Shown here: in pieces, positions 43,886-54,091 of the stretch
Numbering within the stretch: position 1 is the stretch's first letter
Layout: every line of letters begins with the position of its first letter
From: an uncultured delta proteobacterium
GTDB lineage: Bacteria; Desulfobacterota; Binatia; UBA9968
NCBI GenBank assembly: GCA_963755715.1
Contig: CAVWLW010000044.1
Span: forward strand, 30,427 to 94,426
DNA: 64,000 nt
Direction of reading: 5' to 3'
Position numbers and translations under genes: made by a program
Notes under the pieces: generated by a model
What the model was told of the DNA's origin: nothing
Seen by the model: only the letters and a program-made list of their open reading frames with translations
The model's database searches: none

Positions 43886-44656
43886 TTGTTCAGGAAAGAA
43901 ATCGTACGCGGCTGCGTTTCCATAGTCGCGGGCCTGGTGATCTGGGAAATTTTGACGCGCCTGCTGTTGGAAAACGAACTTTTAATTCCGCCGCCTAGCA
44001 GCGTGCTGGTCTCATTTTGGCAGTTGCTCATCTCCGGCAAGCTCAATAAACATTTCGTCGCGACTCTGACCGAATTTTTCTATGGCTTTACGACGGCGTG
44101 TATCGTCGGCATCGCCATCGGTTACTTCATGGGCATGCACAAGTGGTTTGACGAGGTGATGGACCCATGGATCGCCACGCTTTATTCGATCCCGATCATC
44201 ACGGTCGTGCCGCTGATCATTATTTGGTTCGGTATCGGCATGATCTCGAAAGTGATCGTCGTCTTCAAAATCACCGCGGTGGCGATCATTTTGAATACCG
44301 CCGCGGGGATCAAAAACTTGGACCCGGTGTGGCTGGAGCTCGCCAGATCGCTGCGCTTGAGCCGTTGGGAAACAACTTATAAGATCCGCTTTCCTGGCGC
44401 CCTGCCCTACATCATCACCGGCATGCGCCTGGGCGTCGGCCGGGCCTTGCTCGGCGTCGTGGTGGCAGAGCTGATGGCCGCCAACGCCGGCCTCGGCTAT
44501 TTGCTGCGCGACTCCTCGGAGACCTGGGATAGCCCGAAGCTGTTTGTCACCGTCATCCTGCTCGCGACGATCGGACTGGTGAGTTTCAATCTGATCAAGC
44601 GCCTCGAACAGAAAATGGCGCCCTGGCGCCAAAGCGCCGAGTGGACGGCGGAATAA
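43886..44656 (+). CDS. ABC transporter permease (NitT/TauT family)
   Basis: 256 aa multi-TM. Confidence 0.8.
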   Translation: MFRKEIVRGCVSIVAGLVIWEILTRLLLENELLIPPPSSVLVSFWQLLISGKLNKHFVATLTEFFYGFTTACIVGIAIGYFMGMHKWFDEVMDPWIATLYSIPIITVVPLIIIWFGIGMISKVIVVFKITAVAIILNTAAGIKNLDPVWLELARSLRLSRWETTYKIRFPGALPYIITGMRLGVGRALLGVVVAELMAANAGLGYLLRDSSETWDSPKLFVTVILLATIGLVSFNLIKRLEQKMAPWRQSAEWTAE

Positions 44657-44675
44657 CGGCGCGAATTCGAAAATC

Positions 44676-45458
44676 ATGAACGAACGAACCGGCATGCCCC
44701 CGACCGGCCTCCTCAAGATCGCCTCCGTTGCCGCCGGGCTTTTGCTCTGGCATGTGCTGGCGGTCTACGTGATCAACGATACAACTCTGTTAGTTTCGCC
44801 GATGGTGGTAGTGCGCACGGCCTACGATATGCTGTTCGTCACCGGCGAGCTTTATCCGCACCTGTTCGCCAGCTCATGGATCTTTTTTTACGGCTTCATT
44901 CTGGCGATCGTCGCCGGCGTTCCCTTGGGCTTCGTGATGGCGCTCAGCCCTGTGGTACGCGACTACGTCAATCCCTGGATGGCCACACTTTACACCACGC
45001 CCCGTATCGCCTTCGCTCCCGTGCTCCTGCTTTGGTTCGGTATCGGCGGCGGCTCGAAAATCGCGATCGTTTTTTTGGGCTGTGTGTTTCCGATCCTGAT
45101 CAATTCCTACTACGGCATGCGCGTGGTCAATCGAGAATACGTCGAGCTTGCCCGTTCTTTTCGTCTCCGTCCGTGGGCGCTGTTCGTCAAAATTTTATTG
45201 CCTGCTTCCATACCGTTTATCCTCGCTGGGATTCGGCTCGCGATCGGGCGCGGCCTCACCGGCGTCGCCATCGCCGAATGGTTCGGCGCCACCGAGGGCC
45301 TCGGCTACCTGGTTTTCTTCGCCGGTCAGACCCTCAATGTGCCGACCCTTTTCGTCGGTGTCGCGGCGTTCGCCCTGCTGGGAATTCTAGGTTTCGAGCT
45401 GGTCCGACGATTTGAAAACTACGTCACGCCCTGGAAGAAGCAGGCGCAGGGGGGTTGA
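44676..45458 (+). CDS. ABC transporter permease (NitT/TauT family)
   Basis: 260 aa multi-TM. Confidence 0.8.
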   Translation: MNERTGMPPTGLLKIASVAAGLLLWHVLAVYVINDTTLLVSPMVVVRTAYDMLFVTGELYPHLFASSWIFFYGFILAIVAGVPLGFVMALSPVVRDYVNPWMATLYTTPRIAFAPVLLLWFGIGGGSKIAIVFLGCVFPILINSYYGMRVVNREYVELARSFRLRPWALFVKILLPASIPFILAGIRLAIGRGLTGVAIAEWFGATEGLGYLVFFAGQTLNVPTLFVGVAAFALLGILGFELVRRFENYVTPWKKQAQGG

Positions 45459-46261
45459 GGATGGCCGGGCCGGTCTTGGAGCTGAGAAGCCTGCACAAGG
45501 AAATCCCGCGCAAGGACCGCGAGCCTTTCAAAATTTTTCAAGATATCAATATTTCCCTGCGCGACGGCGAGTTCGTCAGCATCGTCGGGCCCAGCGGCTG
45601 TGGCAAAACCACCATGCTGCGCGTCATCAACGGCCTGATGACGCGGACCAGCGGCGATATTTTTATCGACGGCAAAGCCGCCGAGGAACTGGACCACGAG
45701 CTGGTTATGGGTTTCGTCTTTCAAGGCGCATCGCTTTTGCCCTGGCGCACCAGTCTCAAAAACGTTTGGCTGGGTCTCGAAGGCCGCGGTCACAATCCGA
45801 AAGAAGCCGGCGAGATCGCCCGCAAGTATTTAGATCTCGTCGGCCTGAGCGGTTTTGAAAATCACTATCCGCACGAGCTTTCCGGCGGTATGCAACAACG
45901 GGTCAATCTCGCTCGCGCCCTAGCGGTCAATCCGCGCATCCTGCTGATGGACGAGCCCTTCGCCGCCCTCGACGCTCAGACGCGCAACTTCATGCAGCTC
46001 GAGCTTCTGCGCATCTGGCGAGAAACGAGGAAGACCGTCATCTTCGTCACTCACATGATTTCCGAAGCGATCCTGTTGTCGGACCGCGTGATCGTGTTCA
46101 GCCATCGCCCCGGCACCATTCGATCCGAATACGCCGTGCCGCTCGAGCGGCCAAGGCGCATGGAAATGCGCTCCGATCCGCGTTTCTTGGAGTTAGAAAA
46201 CATCGTGTGGAAGCAGATCGAAGAGGAAGTCAATGCGTCGGGTGGCTTTAGCCAGATGTAG
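45455..46261 (+). CDS. ABC transporter ATP-binding protein
   Basis: Walker A GPSGCGKTT, signature LSGGMQQRVNLARA, Walker B LLMDEPFAALD. Confidence 0.85.
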   Translation: MRMAGPVLELRSLHKEIPRKDREPFKIFQDINISLRDGEFVSIVGPSGCGKTTMLRVINGLMTRTSGDIFIDGKAAEELDHELVMGFVFQGASLLPWRTSLKNVWLGLEGRGHNPKEAGEIARKYLDLVGLSGFENHYPHELSGGMQQRVNLARALAVNPRILLMDEPFAALDAQTRNFMQLELLRIWRETRKTVIFVTHMISEAILLSDRVIVFSHRPGTIRSEYAVPLERPRRMEMRSDPRFLELENIVWKQIEEEVNASGGFSQM

Positions 46262-46283
46262 CTCAGTCAAGAGAAAGGTTGTT

Positions 46284-47297
46284 GCCATGAATCGGTTCAA
46301 ACAAAGCTTTGTCACGCTGATCGGTGTGCCGATCGCCGCATTATGTTTTTTCAGGGCGGGATTGGCAGCGGACGCGGGCATGGTAAAGATGCGCTTTACC
46401 CAAAGCGGCAATACGTCGTCGAGCTGGCCACTTTACGTCGCCGAACAAAAAAAAATGTTCGAAAAAAACGGCCTTCAGGTCGAAGTCATCATCATCCGCG
46501 GCGCCACCAACGTGGTGCGCGCGGTCCTCAGCGAGACCATTCCCATCGGCCGCATCAATCCGGATTATGTGATCGGCGCGAGCGAGAAAGGCGCCAAAGT
46601 AAAGATCGTCGCCGCCAATATGGAAAAAATCCCTTACGACATCTACGCGCGCGCGGAAATCAAAAGCGGCGCCGAACTGAAAGGCAAGACGCTCGGCGTG
46701 AGCACCTTGACCGGCGGCACGACTTTGATGGTCCACGAGGTTTTGGAAAAAGCCTACAAGCTCAAAGATAGCGACTACAAACTCTTGGTCGTCGGCACTT
46801 CGCCGGAGCGGTATGCCGCGCTCAAGGGCGGCTCGGTGCAAGCCTCTTTCATGGGTCCGCCATTCAGCTTCCGGGCGGGCAGAGAAGGCTTCCGCAAGCT
46901 CGCCAACTTCCATGAATACCTCGGGCCGATTTTGTTCACCGCCGACTTCGCTCACATGAATTATCTGAAATCGAATCGCGCCGAAGTCGTGCGCTATTTG
47001 AAATCGATGATCGAAGCGACGCGCTGGCTCTATGAGCCCAAGAACAAAGAGGAAGCCCTGGCCATTCACATGAGGGCGTTAAAAACGAGTCGCGAAAGCG
47101 CCGAGGAGGATTATAAATATCTCGTGCAGGACTTTCAGCCTTTTCCGCGAGACGGCTTGGTCAGTAAAGCTTCTTTCGACAAGACCATGGAGCTAAGAGC
47201 CAAGGAAGGAACTTACCAAGGCAAAAAAATCCCGCCGTCGAGCGACTACGTCGACAACTCGTACATCGAAGAAGCGCTGAAGCAGCTGGGAAAATAA
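46284..47297 (+). CDS. ABC transporter substrate-binding protein (NMT1/SsuA-like), SBP 1 of 3
   Basis: Start MNRFKQSF with signal peptide. Confidence 0.7.
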   Translation, partial: AMNRFKQSFVTLIGVPIAALCFFRAGLAADAGMVKMRFTQSGNTSSSWPLYVAEQKKMFEKNGLQVEVIIIRGATNVVRAVLSETIPIGRINPDYVIGASEKGAKVKIVAANMEKIPYDIYARAEIKSGAELKGKTLGVSTLTGGTTLMVHEVLEKAYKLKDSDYKLLVVGTSPERYAALKGGSVQASFMGPPFSFRAGREGFRKLANFHEYLGPILFTADFAHMNYLKSNRAEVVRYLKSMIEATRWLYEPKNKEEALAIHMRALKTSRESAEEDYKYLVQDFQPFPRDGLVSKASFDKTMELRAKEGTYQGKKIPPSSDYVDNSYIEEALKQLGK

Positions 47298-47335
47298 TTC
47301 GGGGCAGTCAATAAATTAACTGAGAGGTCTTACGC

Positions 47336-48337
47336 ATGAAATCCGTTCTTCGCATCCTGGTGGTATTAACCGTCATGACAAGTGTCGGTGCCAGCCAAGC
47401 CGACGCCCAGACATTGAAGAAAATACGTATCGGCTATCCGTCCCTGAGCTTTCGTCAGTCCAACGTCTGGGTCGCGAAAGAAGTGGGATTGTTCAACAAA
47501 TATGGCCTCGAAGTAGAGCCGATTTTTCTGCGCGGCGGCCAAATGGCCACGCAGGCGTTGGTAGCCGGCGATCCGCCGATCGTTAACATCGGCACCGTAG
47601 TGCAAGCCAGTCTACAGGGCTACAACCTGGTTCTGGTCGCCGCCGTAGAAACGAAGTACGACCAGATTGTTTTCGCCCGCAAAGGCATCAACAAGCTTGA
47701 AGACCTCAAGGGCAAAAAGTTCGGCATCAGCGGTTACGGCTCGGCGACTCACAACGCTGCCAATATTCTTTTCCAGCACCTCAACATGGAGGTGAACAAG
47801 GACGTAGCCCTGGTGCCCACCGGCCCGGACGCGGAGCGGCTCGGGGCGATGATGGCAGGCAGGATCGATGCGACGTTCTTCACCTCTTCCGCCGCCGCGC
47901 CGGCGCGTAAGCAGGGTTTTGCGGAGCTGTTCCGCGTTGCGGATTTGGGGGTCGAAGTGCAAGGCAATGGATTTGCCACGTCGCGCTCCTACATCGCCAG
48001 CAACCGTGACACGGTGAAGAACGCGCTCAAAGGGTTCGTCGAAGCGATTTATTACGTTTACGCCAACAAGAAAGAAGCGCAGAAGGTCTTCGCCAAATAT
48101 ATGCGCACCAACGATCAAGAGATGCTCGAAGACTCTTACAACGGCTATATCCAATGGATTCCCAAAAAACCCTATCCGACGCTCAAGGGAATCCAGTATA
48201 TGTTGGATTTGCTTGCGCCGCAGTTGCCGCAAGCGAAAAACGCCAAGCCGGAACAGTTCGTCGATCTGAGCTTCCTGCAAGAATTGGAAAAAGAAGGCTT
48301 CTTCAACGAGATGGCCAAGCGATATCCGACGAAGTAG
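47336..48337 (+). CDS. ABC transporter substrate-binding protein (NMT1/SsuA-like), SBP 2 of 3
   Basis: 333 aa with signal peptide. Near-identical blocks to SBP 3 (KIRIGYPSLSFRQSNVWVAKEVGLFNKYGLEVEPIF...). Confidence 0.75.
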   Translation: MKSVLRILVVLTVMTSVGASQADAQTLKKIRIGYPSLSFRQSNVWVAKEVGLFNKYGLEVEPIFLRGGQMATQALVAGDPPIVNIGTVVQASLQGYNLVLVAAVETKYDQIVFARKGINKLEDLKGKKFGISGYGSATHNAANILFQHLNMEVNKDVALVPTGPDAERLGAMMAGRIDATFFTSSAAAPARKQGFAELFRVADLGVEVQGNGFATSRSYIASNRDTVKNALKGFVEAIYYVYANKKEAQKVFAKYMRTNDQEMLEDSYNGYIQWIPKKPYPTLKGIQYMLDLLAPQLPQAKNAKPEQFVDLSFLQELEKEGFFNEMAKRYPTK

Positions 48338-48431
48338 GAGAAGCAGGAGTAATGGAGTGCTGGAGTAATGGGTTTCTGAGGGCCGTCAACACTCCATCAC
48401 TCAACACGCCAATCCTCTAGCAGACAATCGC

Positions 48432-49431
48432 ATGAAACGAGTATCTGTCTTATTCGTCCTATCAGTCCTATTCCACTTGGCCGCCGCGCCCACGACTCAC
48501 GCCCAAACGCTCAAGAGGATCAAGATCGGTTACCCGTCGCTCAGCTTTCGGCAAAGCAATGTTTGGGTCGCCAAAGAGATGGGACTTTTCAACAAGTACG
48601 GGTTGGAAGTCGAGCCGATCCTTTTTCGCGGCGGACAGGTTGCGACGCAGGCGCTGGTGAGCGGCGATCCGCCGATCGTCAATATCGGCACGGTGGTTCA
48701 GGCGACGATCCAGGGGCACAACGTCGTGCTCGTCGCCGCGGTGGAGACCAAATATGATCTGATCATCTTCACCCGCAGCGGCATCACCCAAATGGAGCAA
48801 CTACGCGGCAAGCGCCTGGGCATCACCGGTTTCAACTCCGCGACGCATTATGCGTCGATCATCCTCGCCAGGCATTTGAACGCCGACTTGAAAGAGTTCA
48901 CGCTGATTCCCGCCGGCCTCGACACCGAGCGCATCGCCGCCGTGAATTCCGGAGTGCTCGACGCCACCTACGTCGCCACTTCGGCGGCGCCGCTGGCGCG
49001 CAAAGCCGGCTTGCAGGAGCTGGTGCAGATCGGCGATCTCGGCGTCGAAGTGCAGGGCAACGGCTTTGCCACGTCGCGTGCTTACATCGCTAGCAACCGC
49101 GATACGGTAAAGTCCGCGCTCAAGGGTTTCGTTGAAGCGATCTATTTTATCTACTGCGAATAAAAAAGACGCTCAACGCGTCTTCTCTAAATATATGCGG
49201 TCGAATGACCCGGCGGTGCTCGAGGATTCTTATAACGGCTACATTAAATCGATTCCAAAAAAGCCCTATCCGACTTTGAAGGGAATCCAGTTCATGCTCG
49301 ACGTGTTGACGCCGACCTTGCCGCAGGCTAAGAATTTCAAGCCCGAACAGTTCGTCGACTTGAGTTTTTTGCAGGAACTTGAGAAAGAAGGTTTCTTCAC
49401 CGAGATGGCGAAACGGTATCCGGTCAAATAA
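48432..49431 (+). pseudogene. ABC transporter substrate-binding protein, SBP 3 of 3 (tandem paralog of SBP 2), frameshifted near 49150-49165
   Basis: The 243-aa ORF ends ...FVEAIYFIYCE*. The paralogous C-terminus (ANKKDAQRVFSKYMRSNDP...KRYPVK) is in the overlapping 99-aa ORF. A single extra T in TACTGCGAATAAAAAAGAC explains the shift. Confidence 0.6.
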
Positions 49432-49544
49432 ACCGCGTTGGAGTGGTGGAGTAATGGAGTATTGGAGTAATGGGTCGGGAACCCAACGCTCCATCATTCC
49501 ACTACTCCATTACTCCAATCTGCATCAACCCACAGGAGGCAACC

Positions 49545-49937
49545 ATGGCACGTAAAACTATTCAACCGAAAACCTTGAATGATCCGCGGCCGCGTTACAG
49601 CCAAGGCATTCTCAATCAGGGCGGCAAGCTGCTTTTCATCGCCGGGCAGACCGCTTCGGATAAAGACGGCAATGTCGTCGGGAAGGACGATATCAAGGCG
49701 CAAACCGAACAGGTTTTTGCCAACCTCAAAGCGGTTCTCAAAGCCGCCGGCGGCACGATCGATGATCTGGTGATGACGACGACGTACATCGTCGACAGAA
49801 AATATCGCGAAGGTTACAACGAAGTGCGCCGCGGCCTGTACAAAAAGGATCCGGCGACGAGCACCCTCGTGATCATCACCGGCCTCGCTCATCCCGATTA
49901 TCTGATCGAGATCGCCGGCATCGCGGTCATTAAATGA
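49545..49937 (+). CDS. RidA family protein (YjgF/TdcF, reactive enamine/imine deaminase)
   Basis: Start MARKTIQPK with AGGAGG RBS. ...LLFIAGQTASDKDGNVVG...TTTYIV... is the RidA core. Confidence 0.8.
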   Translation: MARKTIQPKTLNDPRPRYSQGILNQGGKLLFIAGQTASDKDGNVVGKDDIKAQTEQVFANLKAVLKAAGGTIDDLVMTTTYIVDRKYREGYNEVRRGLYKKDPATSTLVIITGLAHPDYLIEIAGIAVIK

Positions 49938-50911
49938 AAGTTACTGTTCTCGACGATTATCAGCGCGCCTTTGAAGCAACCGCTGCGATCAAGCGATTGC
50001 GCCGGGATGCGGAAGTGCAAATTTTCACCGAGAGGCTGCCATCGGATGCGGCGGTAGCCGACGCGCTGCGCGGCTCGCAAGCGATCATCCCGATCCGTGA
50101 ACGCACCAAATTCACCGCGGCTTTGCTCCGGGCCCTGCCTGACCTCGAATATATTTCGCAAACGGGCAACCACGTCTATCACGTCGATATGGACGCGGCG
50201 ACGCGCCAAGGCATCGTCGTCAGTCTGGCGCCGGGTGGCAACAGCACGACGGAACTAGCCTTCGGTTTGATGCTCGCCGTCATGCGGCGCATTCCTCAGA
50301 GCGACCGCGCCATGCGCCGCGGCGACTGGCCGCTCGTGCTTGGCTATGTGCTCAAAGGCAAGACCCTGGGAATTCTAGGCTTAGGAAAAATCGGCACCGA
50401 AGTCGCTGCCATCGGCCGCGCCTTCGGCATGAACGTCATTGCCTGGGGTCCGACACTGACCACCGAGCGGGCGGCCAAATCCGATGCGACCTTCATGCCT
50501 CTGGAGGACGTGCTCAAAAGCGCGGATGTCGTCTCGGTGCATCTCAAGCTCTCGGAGGAAAGCAAAAATCTTTTGAACGAAGCGCGCCTGCGCCTGATGA
50601 AAAAATCCGCCTACTTGATCAACACGGCGCGCGGCGCCATCGTCGATGAAATGGCGCTGGTGAAAATTTTAAAGGAAAACGCGATCGCCGGCGCCGCTCT
50701 GGATGTTTTCGTCGAAGAACCACTGGCGAAAAATCACCCGCTGCTAGAGTTGGAAAATGTGGTGCTCACGCCGCACCTGGGTTGGCCGACCGATTCCGGT
50801 TTCGAAGGCTTCGCCGAGAACGCGGTGACCAACATTGTCGATTACATGGCAGGCAAACTGACCCGCGCGCTCAATCCCGAAGCGCTCAACTTCCGCCGCA
50901 AGGTAAAGTGA
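49934..50911 (+). CDS. D-isomer-specific 2-hydroxyacid dehydrogenase family protein
   Basis: NAD Rossmann GILGLGKIGTEVA. Catalytic region ...NTARGAIVDE...TPHLGW. Confidence 0.85.
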   Translation: MKVTVLDDYQRAFEATAAIKRLRRDAEVQIFTERLPSDAAVADALRGSQAIIPIRERTKFTAALLRALPDLEYISQTGNHVYHVDMDAATRQGIVVSLAPGGNSTTELAFGLMLAVMRRIPQSDRAMRRGDWPLVLGYVLKGKTLGILGLGKIGTEVAAIGRAFGMNVIAWGPTLTTERAAKSDATFMPLEDVLKSADVVSVHLKLSEESKNLLNEARLRLMKKSAYLINTARGAIVDEMALVKILKENAIAGAALDVFVEEPLAKNHPLLELENVVLTPHLGWPTDSGFEGFAENAVTNIVDYMAGKLTRALNPEALNFRRKVK

Positions 50912-50940
50912 GCGGCATCTCAATCTCCATCACGCCAATT

Positions 50941-52230
50941 TCAAACGAATCCGCCGGCGTGAAGCTTGGCTCGATGAAAGACATAGTTGTCCTGGTCGAT
51001 GAATTCCAGCAGCGCGTTATGCGGATCCGTTTTGGGATCGACGGTGATTTTTGCGAAGTTGAAGTTTTCCGCCAAAAAATATTCGAAACGCCCCGCGGTG
51101 CCGTTGGTGATCCGGTTGAGCGGCGCCGCCAGAGGCCCCGCCGTGATATCTTTGAGCCCGCCGCTCTTGGGAATTCTCGTGATCGCCGCGTAGTGCATGT
51201 CGCCGCTTAGAAAATACACGCCGCTGATTCTTTTCTCGTTGATGTAGTGCAAAAGTTCCGCTCGCTCCCTCGGGTAACCATCCCATCGGTCACTTCCCCC
51301 GCCTGCCATGGGCACGCTGGTCACGATAAATTTGAAAGTTGCCGACGAGCGCGCGAGTCCGTCAAAGAGCCATTGCTTTTGCTTCTCGCCGAGCATCGTG
51401 CGTTTTTTCAGGTCGCGGTACTGGCGTGCGTCGAGAATGAAAAGCTCCACCGCTCGCCCCCATCGAAAAGAGCGATAAATTCGCTGCGGCTCGCTCGCAG
51501 GACAACGGACCGGCCAATAGTCCAAAAAAGCCTGGCGCCCGATCGGCGCCAGCGGATTGCTCGGCAAATAGTCGTCCGCCACTTCGTGGTCGTCCCAAAC
51601 GACGTAAAGACTGGTTTCGCGAAAACAAGCCGCGCTCCAGGCATCGTCGCGGTTAACCCGGTATTTCGCCCAAAATTCGTTCAATGTGTGCGCGGTACCG
51701 TTGCGATCGGCGTAAATTGTGTCGCCCAAATGCATGAAGAAATCCGGTCGTTGCGCGCGCACGGCGTTCATGACCGTAAACGGCTTGTAGCTTTCCCGGG
51801 TGTCGGCGCTGAAGCAAAAAGTCACTTTTGCGTCGTCATCCGCGCGCGGGGCGGTGACAAAGCTTCCAATGGTTCCCGGCATTCGGCGAGCAACCTCGGC
51901 TCGGTAATAATAACGCGTCCCCGGCTGCAATTGATCAAGCGAGATCTTCGCCGTGTGATCCGACTCGCTATCGACGGTCACGACGTTCGCTGAAGAATAT
52001 TCGGTGAGGCTTGGCTGCGTCCCGTACTGAAGCGCCACTCGACTGCCCGGTTCGGCACGAAGCCAAACCAAAGCGCTCGTATCGGTCACATCCCCGGCCA
52101 CGGGACAGAACGATAGTCCGGTGCTCAGATCCGTGGAAGTAAGACCGGGCGCGCAGCCGGAGGGTGCCAAAAGCGACGGCGCGACCAGACCGGCTCCGGC
52201 AGCGACGCGCAAAAACTCTCTTCGATTCAT
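50941..52230 (-). CDS. phoD: PhoD-like alkaline phosphatase / metallophosphatase with Tat signal
   Basis: Twin-arginine signal MNRREFLRVAAGAGLVAP. PhoD-type metallophosphatase motifs (FCFSADTRE, GDTIYAD, VWDDHEV, LSGDMHYAA). Confidence 0.75.
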   Translation of the reverse strand: MNRREFLRVAAGAGLVAPSLLAPSGCAPGLTSTDLSTGLSFCPVAGDVTDTSALVWLRAEPGSRVALQYGTQPSLTEYSSANVVTVDSESDHTAKISLDQLQPGTRYYYRAEVARRMPGTIGSFVTAPRADDDAKVTFCFSADTRESYKPFTVMNAVRAQRPDFFMHLGDTIYADRNGTAHTLNEFWAKYRVNRDDAWSAACFRETSLYVVWDDHEVADDYLPSNPLAPIGRQAFLDYWPVRCPASEPQRIYRSFRWGRAVELFILDARQYRDLKKRTMLGEKQKQWLFDGLARSSATFKFIVTSVPMAGGGSDRWDGYPRERAELLHYINEKRISGVYFLSGDMHYAAITRIPKSGGLKDITAGPLAAPLNRITNGTAGRFEYFLAENFNFAKITVDPKTDPHNALLEFIDQDNYVFHRAKLHAGGFV

Positions 52231-52243
52231 ATCGAATTGGACT

Positions 52244-52744
52244 TTAGGCCTGAAGTTTATCCCAAACCAACTCGCAGAGCCAACCGGCGAGAAGCGGGAA
52301 GAGAAAACTCACGGCGAATCGGATTGCGACCACCTTAGCACCCAGAAATGGAATTTCCCACATTATAATCCGCTGCAAGCCAAAGAGCGACCACGCCGTC
52401 AAGTAAGCAACCAGCGGCCCGATCCCCACGCCCATTTTATAAAACGTCGCGATGACCGGGAAATGGGTCATCGGGCCGCCGGGCGTGATGCCGCCCAAAG
52501 TCATACCGATTAAAATGCCTTTGAATCCCGTGCCATGCCCCATCCATCGGACAATCACTTCTTGGGGCACGATCGCCTGGACCAGTCCTGCCAGCAGAAA
52601 CGCGGCGATCATCCGTGGAGTGATTTCGAGAATCAACGATCCCGTCGCATTGAGTCCCTTTCCGGCAGCCTCCGGTGATTTGACATACACGACGGCGAGC
52701 GTGATCAGCGCCGCCGTCATCATGACGACTGTCGACGTGTCCAT
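52244..52744 (-). CDS. Small integral membrane protein, putative permease (DUF318/PF03773-like)
   Basis: Start MDTSTVVMMTAALI with AGGAG RBS. 4-5 TM segments. 14 nt upstream of the PhoD-like gene. Confidence 0.4.
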   Translation of the reverse strand: MDTSTVVMMTAALITLAVVYVKSPEAAGKGLNATGSLILEITPRMIAAFLLAGLVQAIVPQEVIVRWMGHGTGFKGILIGMTLGGITPGGPMTHFPVIATFYKMGVGIGPLVAYLTAWSLFGLQRIIMWEIPFLGAKVVAIRFAVSFLFPLLAGWLCELVWDKLQA

Positions 52745-52886
52745 AGATCTCCTGAATACGATCGAAAATGGCTTTGGCGGCGGCATCGGAAATTGCGTAA
52801 GGACGTAGCTTCTGACTGTAAAGAGTGACCGTCGACTTTGCAAGTTTACGGCGATTAGAGTTAGTGGAAATAAAACCCAGCAGCGG

Positions 52887-54053
52887 CTACGGCTTGATGA
52901 TCAGCGAGGATTGTTCTTCTTCCCGCTTTGCCTTTTCCTGCGACATGAAGAAAGCAAAACTCTTTTGCACGAGGCCGGTGAGAAAGGATATGTCAAGCAG
53001 CCCCGGATCAGCTTCGCCGACCTGCAAAGCCACGGCAAGAGCGAGTCTCGCCGCATCGGCTCGGTTGGTCTCTAAGAAATACAGCGCCATATCTTCCATG
53101 CGCCGTTTGAACGCCTGGCCGTTTTCGCCGGAGCAAAGCGTCTTCACGGCTTCGCGCACGATGGCGTTGAAGCGCTCTTCCTTTTGGAGCGGGTTCAACA
53201 CCAAGCGGCTGGTCTGGGCCTCTTCAAGTTGTGGCAGAATCGCCTGCAGCCAATCGTCCGTCAAAATCCAGTAGCGCAGCTCCGGCTCGTCCAAAAGCCG
53301 CCGCGATAACTCGCGCCAGGCGCCTTCCCGCGCCTGGTCGACGTCCAATCTCCGGTAAATTGGATGGGCTTGTTCCTTAGGTTTACCTGTTGCGATGATC
53401 GAACGAACCTCGTGAAAATTTTCCAAGCCGCTTTGGCCGCGCGCCTTGGCGCGCTCGTAGCCCTCATAAACTATTTGGTCGGCGAATTCCCATGGGATCG
53501 AGATCATGCTGATGCCATGTTGTTGCTTGATCTCGTCGGCCATCTTGCGCAGTTCTTTGCGCCGCACATGCATCCCGCCGAAGCGGAGCAGTCCTTCACG
53601 GTCGTGCAACATCGCTTGAATGACTTGCAAGCCGTGGTTCGGTTGCGGCTTGGTGATCCAGATCAAGCGTCCGCCACCACCGTCGACCGCGGACATAGAG
53701 GCTTCCACATCGGAGACCCGTTCGAAAATCGCCGCTGGTTTCGTATCCGGCGCTTTTTCTTGCGGCGCAACCAAGCCCTTCTGCGCTAACTTGAAACGGG
53801 ATCGTTTGATCTCCTTCTTGAGATCCTTGTCGGTGGTTTGCCGATCGATCTCGCCGAGCGCTTCGACCGCGGCCGGATCAAAGATTTTGCCGAGGGAGAA
53901 GATCGCAGCCAGATCGGTTTCGCGGCCTTTTCCAAATTGCGTTTTCAGTTGCGGCACGAGATCCGGCGCGGGCGCGTCGACGGCTACACCAAAATTTCGC
54001 AGCGCCGCAAGCCCAGCTTTGATCTCGTCTTCGTGCGATTTATTCTTGGCCAA
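52887..54053 (-). CDS. Hypothetical protein (388 aa, cytoplasmic)
   Basis: Open frame with protein-like composition. No family recognised. Confidence 0.4.
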   Translation of the reverse strand: MAKNKSHEDEIKAGLAALRNFGVAVDAPAPDLVPQLKTQFGKGRETDLAAIFSLGKIFDPAAVEALGEIDRQTTDKDLKKEIKRSRFKLAQKGLVAPQEKAPDTKPAAIFERVSDVEASMSAVDGGGGRLIWITKPQPNHGLQVIQAMLHDREGLLRFGGMHVRRKELRKMADEIKQQHGISMISIPWEFADQIVYEGYERAKARGQSGLENFHEVRSIIATGKPKEQAHPIYRRLDVDQAREGAWRELSRRLLDEPELRYWILTDDWLQAILPQLEEAQTSRLVLNPLQKEERFNAIVREAVKTLCSGENGQAFKRRMEDMALYFLETNRADAARLALAVALQVGEADPGLLDISFLTGLVQKSFAFFMSQEKAKREEEQSSLIIKP

Positions 54054-54091
54054 GCCGATCGTCCTTCATCCGCCAGTCGTCCATGTTCGAT

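Noticed and set aside
46341-47069. 242-aa minus ORF and 142-aa plus ORF overlapping SBP gene 1
   Set aside because: Shadow ORFs. The annotated frame carries the signal peptide and SBP motifs.
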